Below, one piece after another: positions 1 through 9,960 of a DNA stretch of 64,000 bases; the stretch's first letter is position 1; every line of letters starts with the position of its first letter. The position numbers and the translations under genes were made by a program. This DNA is from Candidatus Onthoplasma sp. GTDB lineage: Bacteria; Bacillota; Clostridia; Christensenellales; UBA1242. The notes under the pieces were generated by a model that did no database searches, was not told the origin of the DNA, and saw only the letters and a list, made by a program, of their open reading frames with translations. Location: NCBI GenBank assembly GCA_045633705.1, contig JAZQYV010000019.1, positions 57,633 to 121,632 of the forward strand, in the 5' to 3' direction.

Positions 1-365
1 GTTTTAAAATTGGTAAGCAAACCGTAGCATAATACCGGCACATCATAAGCAAGTCGCCTTAATTGTTCTATTTGTTTTGCGGTACAAAACTGACATTCGT
101 CCACTATTATAACATCGACTTTCTTGTTTGCATTTTGAAGTACAAATAGTTCAATCAAATCTTCATTTTTATCAAATTTGATACATTCAGCGCTTAATCC
201 GATACGTGATATAACTTGTGGTTTTTCATCTTCAAATCGGTTGTCGATGCTTGGCTTTAAAAGTAACACATTAAAGCCCTTTTGGATATAATTAAATCTG
301 CACATCAATGCCTCGGCAGTTTTGCTGCTACCCATAACGCCATATCTAAAATATAATTTACTCAT
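1..365 (-). CDS. tdk: thymidine kinase, N-terminal ~121 codons (3' end lies beyond the window start)
   Basis: My translation of the reverse strand from ATG (365-363) gives MSKLYFRYGVMGSSKTAEALM...VDVIIVDECQFCTAKQIEQLRRLAYDVPVLCYGLLTNFKT. The P-loop, VDECQF and CYGL motifs match E. coli-type Tdk. It is absent from the ORF track because it is truncated. Confidence 0.85.
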   Translation of the reverse strand, partial: MSKLYFRYGVMGSSKTAEALMCRFNYIQKGFNVLLLKPSIDNRFEDEKPQVISRIGLSAECIKFDKNEDLIELFVLQNANKKVDVIIVDECQFCTAKQIEQLRRLAYDVPVLCYGLLTNFK

Positions 366-460
366 AACCATTTCCTTAAATGTAATTTATCATATAATTA
401 AATGTTTGTCAACCATACATTCGCCAACTATTAAAAATGTTTGAGACACTAAATAAGGCG

Positions 461-498
461 ATATAAAAATAAAACGAATAGATGGTGTCTATTCGTTT
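461..498 (-). terminator. rho-independent terminator after secA
   Basis: 11-bp inverted repeat AAACGAATAGA (472-482) / TCTATTCGTTT (488-498), followed on the minus strand by a T-rich run. Confidence 0.6.
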
Positions 499-505
499 TG
501 TTTTA

Positions 506-3250
506 CTATTTTTCGTCTTTTCCGCAGCAATTTTTATACTTTTTACCACTTCCGCAAGGGCATGGGGCATTACGTTCAGTTTTAGCTTCTTTATCGGCCT
601 TTGCTGGGCGTTTGCTTGTATTGCCTGGCATAAATGGACCTTTGTTTTGAGGAAGATCTTCAACGTCATCTTTCTTTCCACCATTTGTTGGTATTGGTGC
701 ACGTTGAGGAACCTTGATGTCAATACGTATTTTTAATCTAAACAAGTGTGAAGCTGTGTATTCGCGAATTTGGTCGATCATATTATCAAACATATCAAAA
801 CCTTCGTTTTTGTATGCGATAATAGGGTCTTTTTGACCATATGACAATACACCAATTTCGTTACGCAATGTGTTCATAGCGTCGATGTGGTCCATCCAGA
901 ACTTATCAACAACACGAAGCATAATGGCGCGTTCGATTTGAGCAAAGTCAATACCAATCTTTTTGATTTCGTTAACTTTTGCTTCGTACATTTCTAATGC
1001 TTTGTTGTATATAATTTCGCTTGCTTGGTTAACGTCGGTATCGTTAATCATTTCTTTAGTAACAATGTTAGAGCCTTTTTCAAACAACTTGTCTTCAAGG
1101 GCCTTATTTAAAGTTTCTAAATCCCACTCATAACTTGGCTTTTCGGCATCAATATAGCTGTGGCAAATTTCATCAATATAATCGTGCAACATTTCAATAA
1201 CTTGTGCATGGACATCTTCGCCATCAAGCACCTTATCACGTTCAGCATAGATAATTGTACGTTGCTTGTTTAAAACATCATCATACTCAAGCACTTGTTT
1301 ACGAATACCAAAGTTTACACCTTCAGTCTTCTTTTGAGCACGTTCAAAGAAACGTGTTAATATTCCCATCTGAATTGGCATATCTTCATTTCCTCTAAAT
1401 ATAATAGAGAACATACCCTTCATTCGGTCTTCGCCAAAACGTTGAGGAAGTTCATCTTCAAGTGAGATAAAGAAGATTGATGAGCCTGGGTCTCCTTGAC
1501 GGCCGGCACGACCACGCAACTGGTTGTCAATACGTCTAGATTCGTGACGTTCAGTACCCAAAATGTGCAAACCACCAAGCTCTAGAACTTTTTTACGTTC
1601 TTCAGCAGTTTCTTTTTCATACTCTTCAAACAACTTGTCATATTTAGCTTTAAGCTCTTTTTCTTCATCAGTTAATTCAACGTTGTATGCAGTAATTTTT
1701 TCAAGAACTTCGTTGGAAATGCCTTCTTGATTAAGCTTTGCTTTTGCAAGATATTCGGCATTACCACCTAATAGAATATCGGTACCACGACCAGCCATGT
1801 TAGTTGCGATTGTAACCGCTTTCACACGACCAGCTTGAGCTACTATAAAACTTTCACGTTCGTGATTTTTAGCATTCAATACATTGTGAGGAATACCAAG
1901 TTTAGATATTTCACGGCTAATACGTTCACTTTTATCAACTGATGCAGTACCAACTAGAATTGGTTGACCAGATTCGTATTTGGCTTGAATTTCTTCAACA
2001 ATCGCCTTGTACTTGGCATCTTCGGTGTAGAAAATCATATCATTTTCATCAATACGTTGAACTGGACGGTTAGTAGGGATTGTAACAACGTCTAGGTTAT
2101 AGATTTTGTTAAATTCCATTTCCTCAGTTTTTGCTGTACCTGTCATACCGCTAAGCTTTGAGTATAACTTAAAGTAGTTTTGGAATGTAACTGTTGCCAA
2201 AGTTTTGTTTTCATTTTTAATCTTAACGTGTTCTTTTGCTTCAATTGCTTGATGCAATCCATCGCTATAACGTCTGCCTTGCATCAAACGACCAGTAAAT
2301 TCATCAACAATCAACACTTCATCATCTTTAACGATGTAGTTAGTATCACGCTTCATAATAAAGTGTGCTCGTAAAGCATTGTTGATATGGTGATTTAGCT
2401 CAAGTGCAGAAATGTCTGATAAGTTTTCAATACCAAAATATTTTTCAGCCCTAGCCACACCTTCTTCGGTTAAACGAATTTGTTTTTGTTTAATGTCGAT
2501 TTCGTAATCGCTTTCACTTAAGCGTCTAACAAAGCCGTCGGCCTTTGTGTATAAATCACTAGTTTTATCGCCACTGCCTGAAATGATAAGTGGTGTACGC
2601 GCTTCATCAATCAAGATTGAGTCCACTTCGTCGACAATACAGAAAGTGTGTCCGCGTTGAACCTTATATTTTTTATCAGGCTGCATATTGTCACGTAGAT
2701 AGTCAAATCCAAACTCATTATTTGTGCCATAAGTAATGTCACAAGCATAAGCTTTTTGCTTTTCATCTGCTTGTTGACCGCTTAATGTAACGCCAATGGT
2801 TAAGCCTAGGAATTTGTATAGTTTACCCATAAGCTCTGCTTGATATTGAGCCAAGTATTCGTTTACGGTTACAACGTGCACGCTATTGCCAGACAACGCA
2901 TTTAAATATGCTGGTAGGGTGGCGGTAAGTGTTTTACCTTCACCAGTACGCATTTCGGCAATACGACCTTGGTGCAATACAACACCACCAATTAATTGTA
3001 CGCGGAAATGGCGCTTGCCAAACACGCGTGTACTAGCTTCACGCACAAGCGCAAAAGCGTCTGGCAAAATATCATCTAATGTTTCGCCATTAGATAAACG
3101 TTCTTTCAGCTTTGCTGTTGTAGCTTGCAATTCTGCATCTGATAGTGCTTTGTAAAAATCAGATAGTTCTTCAATTTTATCAACTATTTTGTTTACCTTT
3201 TTTAAATTTCGGCTATTATCCGAGCCGAACAAATATGAAAATAATCCCAT
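506..3250 (-). CDS. secA: preprotein translocase ATPase SecA
   Basis: 914-aa ORF with DEAD-like motor motifs (MRTGEGKTL, IVDEVDSILIDEARTPLIISG, TNMAGRGTDI). The C-terminal zinc finger is CPCGSGKKYKNCCG. An AGGAGA SD precedes the ATG. Confidence 0.97.
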   Translation of the reverse strand: MGLFSYLFGSDNSRNLKKVNKIVDKIEELSDFYKALSDAELQATTAKLKERLSNGETLDDILPDAFALVREASTRVFGKRHFRVQLIGGVVLHQGRIAEMRTGEGKTLTATLPAYLNALSGNSVHVVTVNEYLAQYQAELMGKLYKFLGLTIGVTLSGQQADEKQKAYACDITYGTNNEFGFDYLRDNMQPDKKYKVQRGHTFCIVDEVDSILIDEARTPLIISGSGDKTSDLYTKADGFVRRLSESDYEIDIKQKQIRLTEEGVARAEKYFGIENLSDISALELNHHINNALRAHFIMKRDTNYIVKDDEVLIVDEFTGRLMQGRRYSDGLHQAIEAKEHVKIKNENKTLATVTFQNYFKLYSKLSGMTGTAKTEEMEFNKIYNLDVVTIPTNRPVQRIDENDMIFYTEDAKYKAIVEEIQAKYESGQPILVGTASVDKSERISREISKLGIPHNVLNAKNHERESFIVAQAGRVKAVTIATNMAGRGTDILLGGNAEYLAKAKLNQEGISNEVLEKITAYNVELTDEEKELKAKYDKLFEEYEKETAEERKKVLELGGLHILGTERHESRRIDNQLRGRAGRQGDPGSSIFFISLEDELPQRFGEDRMKGMFSIIFRGNEDMPIQMGILTRFFERAQKKTEGVNFGIRKQVLEYDDVLNKQRTIIYAERDKVLDGEDVHAQVIEMLHDYIDEICHSYIDAEKPSYEWDLETLNKALEDKLFEKGSNIVTKEMINDTDVNQASEIIYNKALEMYEAKVNEIKKIGIDFAQIERAIMLRVVDKFWMDHIDAMNTLRNEIGVLSYGQKDPIIAYKNEGFDMFDNMIDQIREYTASHLFRLKIRIDIKVPQRAPIPTNGGKKDDVEDLPQNKGPFMPGNTSKRPAKADKEAKTERNAPCPCGSGKKYKNCCGKDEK

Positions 3251-3360
3251 AAAGTCTCCTATTTAGAGCAAATACTCATAATGCTATAATAACAAAAAAC
3301 CAAATTTTTGTAAACTAAATTGGACATATTATTATATTAATATAACTATTTGAATGTCAA

Positions 3361-3391
3361 ACAAACAAAAATGCAAGCTAATTACTTGCAT
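3361..3391 (-). terminator. rho-independent terminator after the CMP-kinase-like gene
   Basis: Hairpin ATGCAAG (3371-3377) / CTTGCAT (3385-3391) with the stop codon in its loop, followed on the minus strand by TTTTTGTTTGTTTG. Confidence 0.55.
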
Positions 3392-3936
3392 TCCTTGTCA
3401 AACTTTAAATATTCTTCATAAATTTTATCCGCGGTTTGTTCAGGTGTTAGATTGCTATTGTCGATTACAAAAGTATAATTATTTAAGTTGTCGCAATCAA
3501 TGTTGTATAACAATTTATACCTTTCAACATCGGCATAATAACGTTCGGTTACCTTTTTAAGCGCCTCGTCTAAATCTTTTCCGCGTTCATTTTCAGGACG
3601 GTCTGAGTTAAATAAGCGTTCTGCCATAACTTTATCAGGTATATCGATAAACACGTTAAATGCTTTTGGCATAAAGCTCCAAGATGTGCGGCTTTCAATT
3701 AACAGATTTTCATGAAAACGAGTTTTGTATATGTTTTCTAATTCCTGGTCTACACGTTTATCAATTTCATATATTTGTTCACTTTTGCATAGGTCGGTAA
3801 TATCAATGCCCAGCTCACGCGCATGGCGCTTAAATATTGCCCCCGCATACACACGGTCAAAACCATATTTGTTAATAAAAATTTCAGCCATTGTGCTTTT
3901 GCCTGTGCAGGGCTTTCCAGATATTGTAATAATCAT
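3382..3936 (-). CDS. cytidylate kinase family protein (archaeal-type CMP kinase-like P-loop NMP kinase)
   Basis: 184 aa. It has the N-terminal P-loop ITISGKPCTGKST, and its overall layout resembles the short archaeal-type Cmk family. The ATG lies 1 nt after the divIC-like stop, with a GGAGGA SD. Confidence 0.6.
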   Translation of the reverse strand: MIITISGKPCTGKSTMAEIFINKYGFDRVYAGAIFKRHARELGIDITDLCKSEQIYEIDKRVDQELENIYKTRFHENLLIESRTSWSFMPKAFNVFIDIPDKVMAERLFNSDRPENERGKDLDEALKKVTERYYADVERYKLLYNIDCDNLNNYTFVIDNSNLTPEQTADKIYEEYLKFDKECK

Positions 3937-3937
3937 C

Positions 3938-4195
3938 TTATTCCTCCGTAAAAGTTATATCTCCATCGTTTGCTTCGCCATTATCACGTTCAGCGTTGTT
4001 TTCATAATTATTTGAACCGTAATATTTTTTTGCATTTTCAAGTTCTTTAATTTCGCGTTGTTGTGTGGCTATACGCTGTTTATAAATATTGTATTGCCTA
4101 ATTTCAACAATTCCAATCACAAAAAGTGAACATACAAATATTATAGCCATGCAGGCTACAAACAACACTTTTGCTTTAGTCCTTGATTGATTCAT
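3938..4195 (-). CDS. divIC: septum formation initiator (DivIC/FtsB family)
   Basis: Single N-terminal TM segment followed by a coiled coil (IYKQRIATQQREIKELENAKKYY). It sits directly after yabP-yabQ, as in Bacillus. I prefer the ATG at 4195 (GAGGGG SD) over the TTG at 4207 in the track. Confidence 0.6.
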   Translation of the reverse strand: MNQSRTKAKVLFVACMAIIFVCSLFVIGIVEIRQYNIYKQRIATQQREIKELENAKKYYGSNNYENNAERDNGEANDGDITFTEE

Positions 4196-4550
4196 GCTTC
4201 CCCTCAAAATAAAATTTTAACCATAAGTATGCTTTTATATAAATATAATAAAACTTTATTTCAAAAAAATCAAGCATTTTCCGTGTTGATTTTGTGCATA
4301 ATAAAAAGCCTAAAATAAATGCCGCAATAATTATCGGATTAAAATCGCCAAAATAAAAAATATTAACCGAAAATATTAAGAAAATACTAAAAAATAGGGC
4401 AAAAATAAATTTAAAAATAAAATTGATAATATTTTTTTGGTGATTTTTGATTAGAATAACCCCTAAAATTCCACAAATTAATCCACAAATTATCCCGCAA
4501 AACAGGACCAAACAAAATGAATATAACTGATTACTAGCAAAAAATATCAT
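4176..4550 (-). CDS. yabQ: spore cortex biosynthesis protein YabQ-like membrane protein
   Basis: 124-aa polytopic hydrophobic protein. It overlaps the yabP stop by 4 nt. The call rests on conserved yabP-yabQ-divIC synteny. Confidence 0.6.
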   Translation of the reverse strand: MIFFASNQLYSFCLVLFCGIICGLICGILGVILIKNHQKNIINFIFKFIFALFFSIFLIFSVNIFYFGDFNPIIIAAFILGFLLCTKSTRKMLDFFEIKFYYIYIKAYLWLKFYFEGKHESIKD

Positions 4551-4840
4551 TTAAATATTTTTTTAAACAATGGGGTTTTATTGTTTTCACTGTATTTAAT
4601 GCTGTCAAATGTTCCTGTTAAGTTGATTGTGTGTTGCTCTAAATCTAGTTTTGTAACTTCAATATTTTCGCCGTTTACAATCATATCTCCGGAGGTGGTT
4701 TTAAGTTGTAGTAAATCCGGCTTTACGCTAATAACCTTGTCAACCCCTGTAACCGACAAGTTGTTGCGGTTGATTAATGTTAGGTTATGCTCACTATTGG
4801 TGTTGGTTTGTTTAACTATTGTTTTTGCATTTTCTTCCAT
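4547..4840 (-). CDS. yabP: sporulation protein YabP
   Basis: 97 aa. The LTLINRNNLSVTGVDKVISVKPDLLQLKT...VNGENIEVTKLDLEQHTINLTG pattern matches the YabP family. A GGAGA SD is present. Confidence 0.8.
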   Translation of the reverse strand: MEENAKTIVKQTNTNSEHNLTLINRNNLSVTGVDKVISVKPDLLQLKTTSGDMIVNGENIEVTKLDLEQHTINLTGTFDSIKYSENNKTPLFKKIFK

Positions 4841-4944
4841 AAAATTCTCCTAGTTATGTATATGAAACTTGCGATAAAAATATGATTTAAAAAATATTGC
4901 AAAATATGACGCGTTGTGTTATACTACAATAAAAGGATAAAGGT

Positions 4945-5676
4945 ATGAAAACAGTTTTAATTACAGGTGCTTCACGTGGCATAGGCAGGGAAATTGCATT
5001 AAAGTTTGCCGTTGAGGGTTATAACGTGGTATTGAATTATAATAGTAGCGAAAACAAGGCTAAAGAATTGGCAAATCAAATTGAAAAATTTGGTGTAAAA
5101 TGCTTAGTGTTAAAGGCTGATGTGTCAATTGAAAGTGAAGTTGTTAATATGGTAAACGCCGCATTGAAAGAATTTGGCAAAATTGATGTGCTTGTAAACA
5201 ATGCGGGAGTTGCTCTTTCAAAGTTATTTCAGCTAACTTCAATGGACGAGATTGCCCGAGTGTTTGGTGTAAATGCATTTGGTGTAATTAACACTTCAAA
5301 GGCAGTTGTACCTAGTATGATAAGTGAAAAATCTGGAAAAATCATCAACATTTCATCGATTTGGGGCAAGGTTGGTGCTAGTATGGAAACTATTTATAGT
5401 GCCAGCAAGGGTGCTGTTATAGCATTCACTATGGCGCTTGCTAAAGAGCTTGCGCCAAGTAATATAAGTGTAAACTGCGTATGCCCAGGTGTGATTGATA
5501 CTGATATGCTACTTGAATATAGTGATGAGGATAAGGTTGAGTTAAAAAATCAAACCCCATTAAATAGATTGGGAACGCCTAAAGATGTTGCAGATGCGGT
5601 ATATTTTTTGGCAAGTGACAATGCTAACTTTATTACCGGTCAAGTAATAACAATTGATGGGGGCTTTGCACTTTGA
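4945..5676 (+). CDS. SDR family oxidoreductase, 3-oxoacyl-ACP reductase (FabG)-like
   Basis: 243 aa with the TGASRGIG cofactor motif, NNAG, and the S...YSASK catalytic triad. There is no fab operon context in the window. Confidence 0.8.
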   Translation: MKTVLITGASRGIGREIALKFAVEGYNVVLNYNSSENKAKELANQIEKFGVKCLVLKADVSIESEVVNMVNAALKEFGKIDVLVNNAGVALSKLFQLTSMDEIARVFGVNAFGVINTSKAVVPSMISEKSGKIINISSIWGKVGASMETIYSASKGAVIAFTMALAKELAPSNISVNCVCPGVIDTDMLLEYSDEDKVELKNQTPLNRLGTPKDVADAVYFLASDNANFITGQVITIDGGFAL

Positions 5677-5763
5677 TTTTTAAATTTTTATACCAGTTGA
5701 TTACATAAATATGTTTAATTTATTCAACTGGATTAGCAACAATAAGCATTGTAATAATAAAAA

Positions 5764-5789
5764 AAGGAAAGTTTAAACTTTCCTTTTTT
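5764..5789. terminator. bidirectional terminator between convergent genes
   Basis: Palindrome AAGGAAAGTTT/AAACTTTCCTT flanked by an A-run and a T-run. Confidence 0.7.
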
Positions 5790-5793
5790 GGGG

Positions 5794-7044
5794 TTATTTA
5801 GATAATGTGTTGTCTGCATTTTTTTCTTCAGCACGTTCATTTATTTGGTGTATAAATTGATTAACAGCTGAATTTGAGGTTACATATGTGGTAGTTTCTA
5901 AAACACCGGATTTTAGATAGTTGTTAACATATGTTTGTAACTCTGTGTCTTTAAGTTCTTTATCTGATTTAAAATAATGAGTTGTATAATAAGTGTATTT
6001 TCCGGTATTAATATAAGTGTTGAATGAATATCTAAAACCATCATCATAAGCGATTCCCGAAGGGGTTGAAATGCGGATTGAACAAGAGTTGATGTTGTTT
6101 AATACGCCAGTTAAATATGCTGCTTCAGCCCTTGTTGTAGCAGAGTTTATTTTGCTAACATCTTCATATCTAGGACGTAGAATAGATGAAATTACAGATG
6201 CTTGATTTTCAATTATAATAAACTGTCCTAGATTTAAACTTTCTTCAGAGGTTGGTGAATTTTTTGCTTCGTTAAAAGCCGTATTCAATGTATGAGCATC
6301 TAGGGTTGCTGGCAAATTAAATATTAAAAGTTCCGAATCGGTATTTGCAACGCTAAATGAGAATGTGCGTATTTTACTTGAAGTTTTTAAAGTTCCGCTA
6401 ATATTAAAAGTGTTGTAGCTCTCATCTACGGACATTGTGTCAAGTCCAATAACTGTTAAATTTGGTGTTGAGCTAAGATTGTTTGATTCAACCAAATATT
6501 CTTGGAACCAACTTGTTAAAGTTGATAATATTTCAACAGTTTCCTCAGTTGTTGCTTCAGTTTCGGTAACATCTTCATAATCGGTTTCAGTTTCAGTGTT
6601 TTGTTCAGATTCCTCTGTAGATGAGTTTGTTGGATTTTTTTCCGCATCTGGTTGAGGTTGATACACAAAATCATTGTCAACACCCCAATTTGGTTCAGTG
6701 CTTTCTTCGTTTGGACGTGTTGGACGTGTAATGCTTTCTTCAGTTTCGTCTATGGTTTCAGCCTCGGTTACAATGCCAACTTCGTCAGCAACGGTGTGTT
6801 CTTCTCTATCTGAGGGGATTTTGTTAATTGTTTCGGTTTCATCATATGGGTAGTTTGGACGGTTGGTAGAATCAACAATTCCGTATGTAGGGTCTATTTT
6901 TTCTGGTTTTGGACGGAAAAACCTATCTTGTATATAATTTGATACGCCTGTAAAAACAGTCATTCCCACAAAAGCGACTGTAACAGCTGCGGAACCAGCA
7001 ATTGAAATAATTTTTGCCTTTTTATTATTTTTATATCCTGCCAT
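5794..7044 (-). CDS. membrane-anchored hypothetical protein with an acidic Thr/Glu-rich linker
   Basis: 416 aa. It has one N-terminal TM segment (IISIAGSAAVTVAFVGMTVFTGV), about 150 aa of T/E/P/N-rich low complexity, then a globular C-terminal half. A GGAGG SD is present. I recognise no family. Confidence 0.7.
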   Translation of the reverse strand: MAGYKNNKKAKIISIAGSAAVTVAFVGMTVFTGVSNYIQDRFFRPKPEKIDPTYGIVDSTNRPNYPYDETETINKIPSDREEHTVADEVGIVTEAETIDETEESITRPTRPNEESTEPNWGVDNDFVYQPQPDAEKNPTNSSTEESEQNTETETDYEDVTETEATTEETVEILSTLTSWFQEYLVESNNLSSTPNLTVIGLDTMSVDESYNTFNISGTLKTSSKIRTFSFSVANTDSELLIFNLPATLDAHTLNTAFNEAKNSPTSEESLNLGQFIIIENQASVISSILRPRYEDVSKINSATTRAEAAYLTGVLNNINSCSIRISTPSGIAYDDGFRYSFNTYINTGKYTYYTTHYFKSDKELKDTELQTYVNNYLKSGVLETTTYVTSNSAVNQFIHQINERAEEKNADNTLSK

Positions 7045-7190
7045 AAATAACCTCCTAAATTGTTTGTGAACAAATTATATCAAAAGAACAGTACATTGTC
7101 AATACCCTTTTTTAAAATTAATATATATAGATATAGATAAAATTTAACTAAAATGGTTAATATTATTCGAATTTTACTGAATTTAATGAC

Positions 7191-7215
7191 AAAAACCCAC
7201 CAACCGGTGGGTTTT
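7191..7215. terminator. terminator after gltX (structurally bidirectional)
   Basis: Hairpin AAACCCACC-AACC-GGTGGGTTT with an A-run on one side and a T-run on the other. Confidence 0.7.
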
Positions 7216-7217
7216 GT

Positions 7218-8870
7218 TTATAATGAATCTATATATTGTTGTAATCTATTAACGCAAGATTGTTTACCAATTGTTTTCATTATTGTAAACAATTCTGGCG
7301 TGTTAGTTCTTCCTGTGATTGCAAAACGAACAAACTTAACAGCATCTGCAATATTTCCAGCATAATTTTCAGGAGATTTTTTATAATCCTTCATATCTGC
7401 AAAGTTGTGTTTTAAGGCAACTTGTTTGATGTGGGCAAACCATTCACTATTGTCGTTTGCCTCAACATAATTATTGGTGTAATCAACTAAAAATTCTTTT
7501 AAGTTTTGTTTGTTTACATTGCCCAAATCCAAGGATTCTTGTATTTGAAAGCTTGGTAGAATGTAATCATAAAGCTTAACAACCTCATCAAATTTGGTAA
7601 TATCTTTACGAGGACGTTCGCATTCACGGTCGATTGACAACACCGATTTAAAAGCATCTTTGTTGGCATTTAATATTTGGTAATCAGCCGTATTGTATTC
7701 TTTAGCCCAAGTTAAGATGTTGTTTAAAACTTGTTCGGTTGTATATTTTGAAATAACTGTTTTTGAAATATCATTAAGCTTAACAATATCAAACATAGGG
7801 TCAGAAGTTGTTAAGTTGTTAGGATTAAATGGATAATCGCTTAATGGTGCATCTGGATTTGCCAACGCCCAAGGTTCATATTCGCTGTTAATAAGGTTCA
7901 TAACATATCTATTAACCGCTTCAACGGGATATCCAGCATTTAAGTAAAATCTCATATCTGCTTCTGGGTCAAAACGCTTTGATATTTTACGTGTATTTCC
8001 AGTTGCTTCATCTTTTTTCATAATCAACGCAGTATGAGTATACTTTGGAGCTTTAAAACCAAAAGCTTCAAACATTTCAACGTGAAGAGGCAGTGTGCCC
8101 ATCCATTCGTTACCACGCACAACGGTTGTGGTATGCATTAATATGTCATCAACAACGTGGCCAAAGTGGTAAACTGGCACTCCGTTACTTTTGACTATAA
8201 CATAGTCAATTGTGTTTTTGGCTAAAATTCTCTCGCCCTTTGCGCTATCGGTGAATGTAAACTTTTCGCCATCTTGTCCAAGAGATTTAAACCTTAAAGC
8301 CCACTCGTCGCCGTTGTTTAAATGTTTCTTAATTTGTTCTAAAGTTAGATTTCGGCAAGAGTCTTTAACCTCCATTGTGTTTGTTGTAGATAGCTGTTCT
8401 TCTCTTTCTTGCAAAATTTCTTGTTTATTTTCACGCTTTTTGCAAAAACAAGGGTATGCGCGCCCAATGCTTACTAGATGTTTTGCAAAAGTATTGTATA
8501 TTTCTACACGTTCACTTTGTTTGTATGGTCCGTAGTTTCCGGATTGGCCGTCAAGTAAATAGCCTTCATGAGGATAAATATCATAAAGTTTTAAAACCTC
8601 TAATGCTATTTTGTCGGCTCCGTCAATGGTGCGTTTACCATCTGTGTCTTCAAGTCTAAAATAGAATATACCATTAGTGCTTTCTGCAATTAATTTATCA
8701 ATAGTTGCTCCAAAAAAACTTCCTAGATGCAAATATCCTGTAGGGCTTGGAGCAAAACGTGTAACTTCTGCGCCTTCTTTAAGGTTGCGGGCAGGGTATA
8801 AATCAAAATAGTCTTGTATTGTTTTTGTTGTGTTTGGATATAATAAATCCGCTAATTTTTGGTAGTCCAT
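7218..8870 (-). CDS. gltX: glutamate--tRNA ligase (bacterial type, unusually long at 550 aa)
   Basis: RFAPSPTGYLHLGS (HIGH region), RLEDTDGKR, GPYKQSER, AYPCFC, and KISKR (KMSKS-type). GGAGA SD. Confidence 0.9.
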   Translation of the reverse strand: MDYQKLADLLYPNTTKTIQDYFDLYPARNLKEGAEVTRFAPSPTGYLHLGSFFGATIDKLIAESTNGIFYFRLEDTDGKRTIDGADKIALEVLKLYDIYPHEGYLLDGQSGNYGPYKQSERVEIYNTFAKHLVSIGRAYPCFCKKRENKQEILQEREEQLSTTNTMEVKDSCRNLTLEQIKKHLNNGDEWALRFKSLGQDGEKFTFTDSAKGERILAKNTIDYVIVKSNGVPVYHFGHVVDDILMHTTTVVRGNEWMGTLPLHVEMFEAFGFKAPKYTHTALIMKKDEATGNTRKISKRFDPEADMRFYLNAGYPVEAVNRYVMNLINSEYEPWALANPDAPLSDYPFNPNNLTTSDPMFDIVKLNDISKTVISKYTTEQVLNNILTWAKEYNTADYQILNANKDAFKSVLSIDRECERPRKDITKFDEVVKLYDYILPSFQIQESLDLGNVNKQNLKEFLVDYTNNYVEANDNSEWFAHIKQVALKHNFADMKDYKKSPENYAGNIADAVKFVRFAITGRTNTPELFTIMKTIGKQSCVNRLQQYIDSL

Positions 8871-8879
8871 AAATTCTCC

Positions 8880-9959
8880 TTATAAGTATAGTAGGTCAAT
8901 TAAATTATTTAAAATTTCATAACTGTCAACCGAAATTCCATTAGCAAACTGTTCAATTGTTTTGCCGTAATTTATTTGAGTTTGGCTGCTTGTGTTGATG
9001 TCAATTTTGCTATAAGCAACTTTTTGTGCTGCAGTATTAAATGCGTTGTATGCTGCATCAAAATTGTTTTGTATATTATATAATGAAATGATGTTATTAT
9101 AAATGGATTGTTTTGCGTTTCTTAAGTTTTCGATTGGTTTGCTGTCTAGTTGTAAAACTGAAGAAATGTAGTCATAAGGTGTATAACTTGGTAGTGTTAT
9201 GGATTCATAAACTAATTTGTTTGCGAAATCTGCTTCACGAATATAAAGTTGTGTATAGATATTGGCATAAACAGATTTGTAATAATACATTCTTGAACGA
9301 ATGTTTAGAGTTATTGCAGTTAAGTCTGTATCTGTTAACTCATCATATGTTTTTGACGAATAATTAATGTTGGAATTTGAAATTATTGTATTGAAGTATG
9401 CGTCGTTTACAATTATTGATAAAGTTCCTGCCACGGTTATTGCGCTTTCATATTTTTCAAATAATCTTTTTAGGTACGACAAACTTACATTTTCATCGTT
9501 AACAGATTTTAAGGATACCATTAAAGCTCCAGTATAATAATCGATGTCTTTGTAACAATTTTCCAAGTTTTTAAGCTCTACAAACAATTGTTTGGTTTGC
9601 TTGTCACTTATTTTTTTGTTGCTGGAAATTTGATTTCCAAAGAAATATAAGGGTGCGAGCGAGTCGTCTAATAGTTGCTGGTAGAAATACTTTAAATAAT
9701 AGTATTTGGAATCAGGATTTTCAACTAATGCCGATAGCTGTGGCGATTGTGAATAATCGATATCTAGTTTAAGGCTATCTCCTTGCACAGAGTATTGATC
9801 AACCGCGTTTTTTAACACCAGGTGAGGACATTCTTTTTCTATATCTTTGTATGTAGAATAAAACTCTTTTATATTGTACGAATTATTACATGCGGCAAGG
9901 GTAAAACAACCGATTGGTAATAGGGTCAATAATAATATTAAACATAAAAATTTTTTCAT
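8880..9959 (-). CDS. hypothetical lipoprotein
   Basis: 359 aa. Signal peptide with lipobox LAAC (MKKFLCLILLLTLLPIGCFTLAAC). The protein is N/Y/S-rich. Its stop lies 9 nt before the gltX ATG. Confidence 0.7.
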   Translation of the reverse strand: MKKFLCLILLLTLLPIGCFTLAACNNSYNIKEFYSTYKDIEKECPHLVLKNAVDQYSVQGDSLKLDIDYSQSPQLSALVENPDSKYYYLKYFYQQLLDDSLAPLYFFGNQISSNKKISDKQTKQLFVELKNLENCYKDIDYYTGALMVSLKSVNDENVSLSYLKRLFEKYESAITVAGTLSIIVNDAYFNTIISNSNINYSSKTYDELTDTDLTAITLNIRSRMYYYKSVYANIYTQLYIREADFANKLVYESITLPSYTPYDYISSVLQLDSKPIENLRNAKQSIYNNIISLYNIQNNFDAAYNAFNTAAQKVAYSKIDINTSSQTQINYGKTIEQFANGISVDSYEILNNLIDLLYL

Positions 9960-9960
9960 A

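Noticed and set aside
409-736. ORFs of 104 aa (minus strand) and 84 aa (plus strand) at the 3' end of secA
   Set aside because: They overlap the conserved SecA C-terminal coding region and its terminator, and no independent signals are present.
7153-7365. 70-aa plus-strand ORF
   Set aside because: It runs through the gltX terminator hairpin and antisense into the gltX 3' end, so it is spurious.
8871-8879. A T-box or other leader upstream of gltX
   Set aside because: Only 9 nt separate gltX from the preceding gene, which leaves no room for a riboswitch-type leader.
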